From Acidimicrobiia bacterium (GTDB taxonomy: Bacteria > Actinomycetota > Acidimicrobiia > Spongiisociales > ZC4RG35): a stretch of DNA of 64,000 nucleotides. Below are positions 17,894 through 25,281 of this stretch, piece by piece. Where the stretch lies: assembly GCA_035550735.1 (NCBI GenBank), contig DASZOM010000006.1:6984-70983 (forward strand), read 5' to 3'. Both the position numbers and the translations under genes were made by a program. Every line of letters starts with the position of its first letter. Position 1 is the stretch's first letter. Below the pieces are notes generated by a model, which had not been told where the DNA came from, did no database searches, and saw only the letters and a list, made by a program, of their open reading frames with translations.

Positions 17894-19252
17894 TCAGCGA
17901 CCGGATCGAGGCAGCGTGACCTGGAAGGTGGTGCCGGTCGCGCCCGTGGTCAGGTCGATGGAGCCACCGATCCTGTTGAGGATGGTGTGCACGGTGTGGA
18001 GCCCCAGCCCGGTTCCCTTGCCCGGTTCCTTCGTCGTGAAGAATGGGTCGAAGATGCGCGCTGTGACATGCTCGGGGATCCCCTGCCCGGTGTCGGAGAA
18101 CGTGACCACCAGCGAGTCGTCCATGTTGCGACTGGCGATGGTGAGTGTCCCTCCCGTCTCGGCCATGGCGTCGGCGGCGTTGTCGATCAGGTTGGTCCAC
18201 ACCTGATTGAGGTCCCGCCCGGGCACCTCGAGACGCGGGACCGGCTCCTCGAAGTCGAGCTCGACCTCGATGTCGGCGAGCTTGTGCTTGAGGAGAATCA
18301 GAGTGTCCCTTATGCCGTCGGTGGGGTCGATCTCCTGCACCGGGGCCCGGTCGACGAAGGAGTACTCCTTCACCACTCTCACCAACTCTGAGACCCGACG
18401 CGCCGCGATCACGAGCTCGGACATCACCTGTCTCGTCGCCAGGATCAGCCCGATCCAACGCACCTCGTGGGCCTTGAGCTCATCCGGGCTGTTCGCCACC
18501 ACCTCCTTCAATGTCTCGACCCTCCACCCCGCCTCGACCAGAGCCGGGGCGATCTGCCAGGGGTCCTCGACTCCGATCTCCTCGAGCCACGAGGCCAGCT
18601 CGTCCTCGGCCGCGGAGCGCTCCAGGGCAGACAGTGGCCGCTCCGGCTTCTCCACCGTCGCCAGGACGGTCGGATTGTCGTAGCCGGTGGCGAGCGCCTC
18701 GACCTCGCGGTCCAGCTCGCCGTGGAGCTTCGACAGCTCAGAAGTGCTTCGGGCCACGGCGGCAGCCGGGTTGTTCAGCTCGTGCATGAGCTGTGCCGCC
18801 ATCCGGCCGAGCGCGGCCATCCGCTCCTCGTGACGGAGGGTGTCCTCGATGCCGCGAAGGCGTGAGGTCACGGTGCGGAACATGCGGCGAACCACCCTGG
18901 GATCGCTGAGCAGATCCTCGAACGCGGCCACCGGGACGCGGATCACTGCGGAGTCGATCAGAGCGGTGACCGTCGCGGTGCGTGGCGCCTCGTCGAGAAG
19001 CGCGATCTCACCGACGACCTCGCCCGGGCCGATCCGGGCCAACTCCACATCCTTCGATGCGCTGTGCTTGGACACGGAGAGCTCCCCGGAGACCACCACG
19101 TACATCTCCCCGGACTCGGAGCCCTCATCGATGATGACCGTGTCCGCGGGGACCTCGATCAGCTCCGTCGACCTCGACACGCGCTCCAGGAGATCGTCGG
19201 GGAGATCGGTGAAGTAGGGCAGACCTCGCAGGACCTCTGAGATGTCGCTCAA
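17894..19252 (-). CDS. sensor histidine kinase with N-terminal cyclic-nucleotide-binding domain
   Basis: CNB domain (GEMYVVVSGELSV, GEVVGEIALLDEAPRTATV), H-box MHELNNP, and HATPase blocks (DNAADA, DTGQGI, GTGLGL). The TTG start overlaps the upstream stop (TTGA). Confidence 0.85.
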   Translation of the reverse strand: MSDISEVLRGLPYFTDLPDDLLERVSRSTELIEVPADTVIIDEGSESGEMYVVVSGELSVSKHSASKDVELARIGPGEVVGEIALLDEAPRTATVTALIDSAVIRVPVAAFEDLLSDPRVVRRMFRTVTSRLRGIEDTLRHEERMAALGRMAAQLMHELNNPAAAVARSTSELSKLHGELDREVEALATGYDNPTVLATVEKPERPLSALERSAAEDELASWLEEIGVEDPWQIAPALVEAGWRVETLKEVVANSPDELKAHEVRWIGLILATRQVMSELVIAARRVSELVRVVKEYSFVDRAPVQEIDPTDGIRDTLILLKHKLADIEVELDFEEPVPRLEVPGRDLNQVWTNLIDNAADAMAETGGTLTIASRNMDDSLVVTFSDTGQGIPEHVTARIFDPFFTTKEPGKGTGLGLHTVHTILNRIGGSIDLTTGATGTTFQVTLPRSGR

Positions 19253-20904
19253 AGCGAGGCGAGATGCTGGTGGATGAAGCGTATGGCCGTTGCCCCCTCA
19301 CCGGTTGCCCCCGCCACCCGCCTGATGGAGCCATGACGGACGTCCCCGGCTACGAAGATCCCCGGAACCGAGGACTCCAGGGGGAGGGGATCACGGTCGA
19401 CGTTCCAATCGATCAGGGGCCCCAGGTCGGCTCCGGTGAGGACGAAGCCCTTCTCGTCGAGTTGCACCAGGTCGCCGAGCCAGTCGGTCTGGGCTCTCTG
19501 GCCGATGAAGATGAACAGTGCGCCGGCCTTGTGCTCCCTCTGCTCGCCGCTCTCCAGATCCTCCACGACGAGTCGCTCGAGATGGCCTTCACCTTGCGCT
19601 GCGACGATGCGGGAACGGGTGAGCAGGGAGATCGTCTCCGTGGCATCGATGTTGTCGATCAGGTACTGGGACATTCCCTCGGTGAGGTCGCTGCCCCTGA
19701 TCACGATGGTCACCTCGTCGGTGAACCTGGTGAGGAACAGCGCCGCCTGGCCCGCCGAGTTCCCCCCGCCGACCACGAACATGGGCTGGTTGCGATGGTT
19801 CTCTGCTTCGAACGTCGACGTCCCGTAGTACACCCCGGCCCCGACCAGCTCGTCGAGCCCTTCGGCGGGAAGACGCCGGTACTCCACCCCGCTGGTGACC
19901 ACGAGGGCCTTGGCGGTGACGGTGCTGCCGTCGGCGAGATGGACGATCCGATAGGGATCCTTCCGCTCGACACGCTCCACCTTCGCCGGGACCAGGACCT
20001 CGGTGCCGAATCGTTGTGCTTGTGCGGATGCCCGCCGGGCCAGGTCTGATCCGCTGATCCCGCTCGGGAAACCCAGGTAGTTCTCTATCTTGGAGGACTG
20101 CCCGGCCTGGCCACCGGGCGCCGAGGACTCGATGAGAAGCGTCTTCAGCCCCTCCGAGGCACCGTAGACGGCGGCGGCGAGACCGGCCGGCCCGGCGCCG
20201 ACGATGACGACGTCGTAGGTAGGTGAGGTGGCCTGGGTCTTCAACCCCATCCGGTCGGCCAGCTGCTGGATGCTCGGCTTGAGCAGATAGCCGCCGTCGG
20301 GGAAGACGAGGAGGGGGAGATCGGTGTTGGACGCCCCGACGGCGGAGACGAGCTGTTCCGCCTCGGGATCCACGCCGACGGTGAAAGAGCGGTAGGGGAG
20401 CTGGTTCATCGCGAGGAAGCCCTTGAGCTCGAAGACATCCCGTGACCATGCGCTCCCGACCACGCGCACCCCTTCGAAGCTGGGGCGGAAGGAGGCTCGC
20501 CAGTCGAGGAGTAGGTCGTCGAGTATCGGATAGAGCTTCTCCTCAGGTGGATCCCAGGGTTTCATGATGTAGTGGTCGAGGCCGACCTGGTTAATGGCGT
20601 CGATGGCCGCATCGGTGTCCGCGTATGCGGTGAGCAGGGTCTTCTTGGTCTCCGGGAAGAGAGGAATCGACTCGCGCAGGACATCGATGCCCGTCACCCT
20701 CGGCATGCGCTGATCGGCGACGATCAAGGCGAGTGGCGTGCCCCGCACCGAGAGATCCTTGAGGACCTCGATGGCCTCCTCCCCGCTGGTGGCTCCCAAC
20801 ACGGAGTACTCGTCTGCGTAGTGGGCGCGGAGGTCGCGCTGGACGGCACGCATCACCTCGGGCTCGTCGTCGATGGCGAGGATGGCCGGCTTGACGGTGG
20901 TCAT
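19249..20904 (-). CDS. response-regulator receiver fused to a thioredoxin-fold linker and a TrxR-like FAD/NAD(P) flavoprotein, cysteine-free
   Basis: REC blocks (ILAIDDEPE, LIVADQRMP, KTLLTAY, IMKPW), then YDVVIVGAGPAGLAAAVYG and FVVGGGNSAGQAALFL Rossmann motifs and GIFVAGDV. The ATG at 20904 overlaps the zf-UBP stop (ATGA). Confidence 0.85.
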   Translation of the reverse strand: MTTVKPAILAIDDEPEVMRAVQRDLRAHYADEYSVLGATSGEEAIEVLKDLSVRGTPLALIVADQRMPRVTGIDVLRESIPLFPETKKTLLTAYADTDAAIDAINQVGLDHYIMKPWDPPEEKLYPILDDLLLDWRASFRPSFEGVRVVGSAWSRDVFELKGFLAMNQLPYRSFTVGVDPEAEQLVSAVGASNTDLPLLVFPDGGYLLKPSIQQLADRMGLKTQATSPTYDVVIVGAGPAGLAAAVYGASEGLKTLLIESSAPGGQAGQSSKIENYLGFPSGISGSDLARRASAQAQRFGTEVLVPAKVERVERKDPYRIVHLADGSTVTAKALVVTSGVEYRRLPAEGLDELVGAGVYYGTSTFEAENHRNQPMFVVGGGNSAGQAALFLTRFTDEVTIVIRGSDLTEGMSQYLIDNIDATETISLLTRSRIVAAQGEGHLERLVVEDLESGEQREHKAGALFIFIGQRAQTDWLGDLVQLDEKGFVLTGADLGPLIDWNVDRDPLPLESSVPGIFVAGDVRHGSIRRVAGATGEGATAIRFIHQHLASL

Positions 20905-21167
20905 GCCCTGAACAACTGGTCCTCGAAGCAGTAGCGCCAGCTCTCTCCGGGCTCGACCGACGTGATCAGGGGATGGCCCTCGTTCTCCCAATGGTGTCGG
21001 GCGTGCCGGTTCTTCGAGACGTCACAACACCCGACACGCCCACAGACGAGGCAGGCACGGAGATGGACCCAGGTGTCGCCGGCCTCGACACATTGATCGC
21101 AGACCCTGGAGAGCGGGGAGACGACGGTGGACAGGCTCTCGAAGTGCTCACATGTCTGTGTTGGCAA
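20901..21167 (-). CDS. UBP-type zinc-finger protein
   Basis: CEH...CDQC...WVHLRACLVCGRVGCCD...RHARHH...HP pattern typical of zf-UBP. 88 aa. Confidence 0.8.
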   Translation of the reverse strand: MPTQTCEHFESLSTVVSPLSRVCDQCVEAGDTWVHLRACLVCGRVGCCDVSKNRHARHHWENEGHPLITSVEPGESWRYCFEDQLFRA

Positions 21168-21305
21168 TGCACACCACCTTCCGCAGCCAACCGGGACCCT
21201 CGACCTTGCTTTCGATCATATTGGCTCCTGGGGGAGTCGCCACTCGTGGGTCTGCTAAATCTTGTCGCCAGGAGGGCCGATTTGCCGGAGCAGGACTCGA
21301 TAGAA

Positions 21306-21611
21306 GTGCGTGACGTGCCCGAGCGGCACGCCTACGTCGTCACTGTCGACGGGGTCGAGGCGGGCATGGCCGTCTATCACATCCGCGGTGGCCGCCATAT
21401 CTTCGTCCACACCGAGGTCGACGAGCAGTACTCGGGTCTGGGAGTAGGTAGCAGGCTGGTCCGCGCCGCCCTCGAGGATGTACGGGCACAGGGTGGGTCG
21501 CTCGTCGCGCTGTGCCCGTTCGTGTCTGCCTACATGAGACGTCATCCCGAGTTCGACGATCTCGTCGACCGGGAGATGACCGAGCAACTGGAGAGACGAC
21601 GTGAGAGCTGA
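21306..21611 (+). CDS. small GNAT-like N-acetyltransferase (YjdJ-type)
   Basis: ...VDGVEAGMAVYHIRGGRHIFVHTEVDEQYSGLGVGSRLVRAALEDVRAQGGSLVALCPFV. The GTG at 21306 is chosen; the upstream part of the track ORF overlaps the divergent operon. Confidence 0.65.
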   Translation: MRDVPERHAYVVTVDGVEAGMAVYHIRGGRHIFVHTEVDEQYSGLGVGSRLVRAALEDVRAQGGSLVALCPFVSAYMRRHPEFDDLVDREMTEQLERRRES

Positions 21612-21647
21612 TCCGGCATATGGAGTCGCGGCTTCGCTCCGATCTCA

Positions 21648-24275
21648 ATGGGATGGCGGAGGGCTCGAGTGATGCTGCCGACCGGCACGGTCACCTTCGT
21701 GTTCACGGACATCGAGGACTCCACCGGTTTGGCCCAACGCCTCGGTGATAGTGACTTCTCGAGGCTGGTCGACCTCCACAACTCAGTGATCCGCGCCGTC
21801 GTCGAGCGACACGGAGGTGTCGAGGTTGCGACCGAGGGAGATGCCGTCTTCACCGTCTTCGAGGACCCTCTCGCCGCGGTGACCGCAACCGTCGACATCC
21901 AAGACGCCATCGACAACGCCGAATGGGAGAGTAGAGAGGAGCCGAGAGTGCGAATCGGCGTCCACACGGGGCAAGGCTCGCTCGGGGGCGACAACTACGT
22001 CGGTCTCGACGTCCACAAGGCGAGTCGCATCGCCAACTGCGGCAATGGAGCCCAGATCCTGCTCTCGGACACCACCGCCCACCTCGTGGAGGATCGTCTT
22101 CCCGACGGTGTGACGGTGCGCACACTCGGCAGGTATCGGCTCTCCGGTTTCCCGAGTGCGGTGCCCATCCACCAACTCGAATGGCCCGGGTCACCTGGCC
22201 AGTACCCGGAGTTGCGCGCACCACGTGCCGAATCACGTGTCCCCGTCCCGCTCTCCGACTTCATCGGCCGGGAAGAGGAGATATCGCGGGCCCTCGCGGT
22301 GCTGGGCGAGAGCCGACTGGTCACACTGACCGGCCCGGGTGGCACCGGCAAGACCAGGCTGTCGCTGGAGCTGGCACGAAGGGTCGAGCCTGACCTTCCC
22401 GACGGAGCCGTGTTCGTGACTCTGGCTGCGGTCCGCGACCCCGATCTCATCCCGGCGACCATCCTCGACGCCCTGGGACTGAAAACGGCCGGAGGCATCG
22501 ACCCCCTGGTCCATCTCGAGCGTCACCTCGCGGACAAGACGATGCTGCTCGTGATCGACAACTTCGAGCAGGTAGTGCGGGGCGCAGGGATCGTGGTGCG
22601 GATACTCGAGTCCGCTGCAGGCGTGAAGGTGCTCGTCAGCTCGCGGATACCGCTTCGGGTGTTCGGCGAGCGGGAATTCCCCGTGCCGCCACTCGATGTC
22701 CCCGACCCGGCAGCGGACCTGTCCCGGGTCGAGGAGAGCGCCGGGGTGCGCCTGTTCGTGACCCGTGCCGAGGCGGTGCGCCCCGGTTTTCACCTCGACG
22801 AGTCGAATGCGGGCACGGTGGCGACGATCGCGCGGTCGCTCGACGGGCTGCCGTTGGCGATCGAGCTCGCCGCTTCCCGCATGCGCAGCCTCACCCCGGA
22901 GGCGATCCTGGAGCGTCTCGACAACCGGCTCCTCGCCGCCGATGCCCCGGATCGGCCCCAGCGCCAGCAGACGATCGTCAACGCCATCGGATGGAGCTAC
23001 GACCTGCTCGACGAGCCGACGCGGCGTCTATTCGAAGACCTGTCCGCTTTCGTGGGCGAATTCGGGCTGCCCGAGGCGGAGGCCCTCTGTCGCTTGTCGA
23101 GCTCCCCGATCGATGTCATCGACGGGATCACCCATCTGGTGGATCACAGCCTGCTTCGACAGACCCAGACCAGCGGTGATCCGAGGTTCCGGATGCTGAC
23201 CGTCATCCGCGACTTCGGCTACGGGGCCTTGGTGGCGCGGGGTGACGAGGCCGAGATCGTCAAGCGACACGGGGAGGTGTACCTCGCCGTCGCGGAGTCC
23301 GCGGCCCCCGAGATCCTCACCTCTCGTCAGCAGTACTGGCTGCGACGGCTCGCCGCCGATCACGACAACCTGCGAGCCGCCTACGACCGTGCCCTGGATC
23401 GCGGCGACGTAACCACGGCGATGAGGCTTGGAGCGAGCCTTTGGCGCTTCTGGCAGATCAGGGGGCATCTAGCCGAGGGCAGGGAACGTCTCGAGCGCGT
23501 CCTCATCGGTGGCGGTGAAGTCGATCCCTTGCTGAGAGCGCGCGCCCTGACGGGGATGGCCGGAATCATCTACTGGCAAGGAGGATTGGAGGAGCTCCTC
23601 CCGGTCTACGAAGAGGCATTGGACCTGTTCCGGGAGCATGGGGTCGAGTCGGATGTCGCCGAGGGCCTGTACAACCTGGCTTTTCCTTGCGCCTACGTTG
23701 GCGAGATCGACCGTGCCAAGTCATTGCTCAACGAGGCGATGGACATGTGGGAGCGGATCGGAGACGATCAAGGCGTGGCCCGGGCGCTGTGGGGGCTTGG
23801 AGTGGTGTTCAGCTATTCGGATGACCATGAGAGAGTCATCGAGCACGCTGCTCGGTCGGTCGAGGTCTTCGAGGGCCTCGACGCGCCCTTCGATCTGGGA
23901 TGGGCCCTGTTCATGGAGGCACAGGCCAACGCCAAGCTCGGCCGGTTCGAGGAGGCCGAGCGATTACTGGCGAGGGCTTTGGAGATCTTCGCAGGGGTGA
24001 GCGATGTCTCGGCGCTGACGCTCATCACGGAAGTGACCGTCCTCTTAGCCGTGGCCAGGGAAGACCGTGCCGCGGCCGGGTTCCTCGCAGGTGCCGCCCA
24101 TCGATTGAAGGCAGACACCGGTGTCGAGATCGGCGATGTCCGGCTGAACCAGTTCCCCCAGGTAGAGGCGTTCCTCAGTGAGCGCGACGAGGCGTTGGAA
24201 ACCGCTTTCCAAGAGGGTTTCGCCTCCGGGCTCGACGATGTGATCGCGAGGGCCAGGGCTCTGCTTCGGTCGTGA
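21648..24275 (+). CDS. class III adenylate/guanylate cyclase - P-loop NTPase (STAND) - TPR protein
   Basis: Cyclase blocks GTVTFVFTDIEDST, ATEGDAVFTVF, and VRIGVHTGQ. Walker A LTGPGGTGKTRL and Walker B LLVIDNFEQ. The C-terminal ~300 aa are TPR-like repeats. No HTH was seen. Confidence 0.85.
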   Translation: MGWRRARVMLPTGTVTFVFTDIEDSTGLAQRLGDSDFSRLVDLHNSVIRAVVERHGGVEVATEGDAVFTVFEDPLAAVTATVDIQDAIDNAEWESREEPRVRIGVHTGQGSLGGDNYVGLDVHKASRIANCGNGAQILLSDTTAHLVEDRLPDGVTVRTLGRYRLSGFPSAVPIHQLEWPGSPGQYPELRAPRAESRVPVPLSDFIGREEEISRALAVLGESRLVTLTGPGGTGKTRLSLELARRVEPDLPDGAVFVTLAAVRDPDLIPATILDALGLKTAGGIDPLVHLERHLADKTMLLVIDNFEQVVRGAGIVVRILESAAGVKVLVSSRIPLRVFGEREFPVPPLDVPDPAADLSRVEESAGVRLFVTRAEAVRPGFHLDESNAGTVATIARSLDGLPLAIELAASRMRSLTPEAILERLDNRLLAADAPDRPQRQQTIVNAIGWSYDLLDEPTRRLFEDLSAFVGEFGLPEAEALCRLSSSPIDVIDGITHLVDHSLLRQTQTSGDPRFRMLTVIRDFGYGALVARGDEAEIVKRHGEVYLAVAESAAPEILTSRQQYWLRRLAADHDNLRAAYDRALDRGDVTTAMRLGASLWRFWQIRGHLAEGRERLERVLIGGGEVDPLLRARALTGMAGIIYWQGGLEELLPVYEEALDLFREHGVESDVAEGLYNLAFPCAYVGEIDRAKSLLNEAMDMWERIGDDQGVARALWGLGVVFSYSDDHERVIEHAARSVEVFEGLDAPFDLGWALFMEAQANAKLGRFEEAERLLARALEIFAGVSDVSALTLITEVTVLLAVAREDRAAAGFLAGAAHRLKADTGVEIGDVRLNQFPQVEAFLSERDEALETAFQEGFASGLDDVIARARALLRS

Positions 24276-24321
24276 CGACACGGTGGGAAGCGGCTCGCCC
24301 TCGTTACTGTTCCCTCGATTG

Positions 24322-24399
24322 GGGCCCGTAGCTCAATCAGGTCAGAGCAGCGGACTCATAATCCGTTGGTTGCAGGTTCAAGTCCTGCCGGGCCCACCA
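24322..24399 (+). tRNA. tRNA-Met (anticodon CAT), CCA encoded
   Basis: Cloverleaf folded by hand: acceptor GGGCCCG/CGGGCCC, D-stem GCTC/GAGC, anticodon stem GCGGA/TCCGT with loop CTCATAA, T-arm GCAGG-TTCAAGT-CCTGC, discriminator A, CCA. It lacks the initiator GGG/CCC anticodon stem. Ile2 (lysidine) identity cannot be excluded. Confidence 0.9.
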
Positions 24400-24403
24400 C
24401 CAC

Positions 24404-24823
24404 ATGGAAATCGATCGTCAGGGCCCGGCTGATGTAGAGCGGGTTATCGCCGCGGGGAATCTCTTCGACCATCCCCCGAAGAGGGACCTGGTCGAGAGCT
24501 TTCTCGCCCGGGATGGACATCACCTGATCTTCGCGAACGTGGATGGAGTCGACGTCGGCTTCGTGAGCGGCGTCGAGATCGCCCATCCCGACAAGAGAGT
24601 GGAAATGCTGCTCTACGAACTGGGCGTGGACGAACCTCACCGAGGACGGGGCATCGGGCGGGCCCTGACCCTGGCACTCGTCGCAGTGGCGGTAGAGGCC
24701 GGTTGCCGTGGCATGTGGGTGACGACCGAAGGAGACAACGAGGCCGCACTGGCTACATACCGGTCCGCGGGAGCATCCGGGCCCGAATCGGGTGTCATCC
24801 TCGAATGGCGCTTCGACGACTGA
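24404..24823 (+). CDS. GNAT-family N-acetyltransferase
   Basis: Acetyl-CoA motif HRGRGIGRALTLALV plus the NEAALATYRSAG block. The ATG lies 5 nt after the tRNA CCA end. Confidence 0.75.
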   Translation: MEIDRQGPADVERVIAAGNLFDHPPKRDLVESFLARDGHHLIFANVDGVDVGFVSGVEIAHPDKRVEMLLYELGVDEPHRGRGIGRALTLALVAVAVEAGCRGMWVTTEGDNEAALATYRSAGASGPESGVILEWRFDD

Positions 24824-24840
24824 ACAGGAACCCGTTGCCA

Positions 24841-24868
24841 TGTCGAAATCCGCGATCCTTTGTTCGTC
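24841..24868 (+). promoter_or_regulatory. candidate ECF42-type promoter (TGTCGA-N18-CGTC)
   Basis: TGTCGA at 24841-24846 and CGTC at 24865-24868, 40 nt upstream of the YCII ATG. The motif is assigned from recollection of the published ECF42 consensus. Confidence 0.3.
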
Positions 24869-24908
24869 GTATTCGAGCAAGCATTCCTCCGTCGAGAAGG
24901 GAGAAGAG

Positions 24909-25281
24909 GATGCCCCGTTATGCAGCTCTCATCTATGTGACTGAGGACGACGATCCCTCGGACCAGGCAACGAACGACGCGGTGATGGCCGACTACAACG
25001 CGTTCACCGCGGCGGTGACCGCAGCCGGCGTCATCGCCGGAGGGGAGGCGTTGGAGCCGACGAGCACCGCGACCACGGTTCATGTCGAGGGTGGGAAGGG
25101 CGGGAAGGTCGTTCACACCGATGGCCCGTACGCGGAGACCAAGGAAGTCCTCGGCGGGTTCTACCTGCTCGACTGTGCCGACCTCGACGAGGCCCTGGAC
25201 TGGGCTGCCCAGATCCCGGGCGCCTGGCACGGGCTGGTGGAGGTCCGCCCGGTCGTCGACTTCAGCCAGGGTGGGCAGTGA
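24909..25281 (+). CDS. YCII-related (DGPF) domain protein
   Basis: MPRYAALIY...TDGPYAETKEVLGGFYLLDCADLDEALDWAAQIP. Confidence 0.85.

Noticed and set aside
24356-24880. 174-aa minus-strand ORF overlapping the tRNA-Met and the GNAT gene
   Set aside because: It starts antisense to a GNAT gene that has a clear acetyl-CoA motif and runs into the tRNA. It has no motifs of its own.
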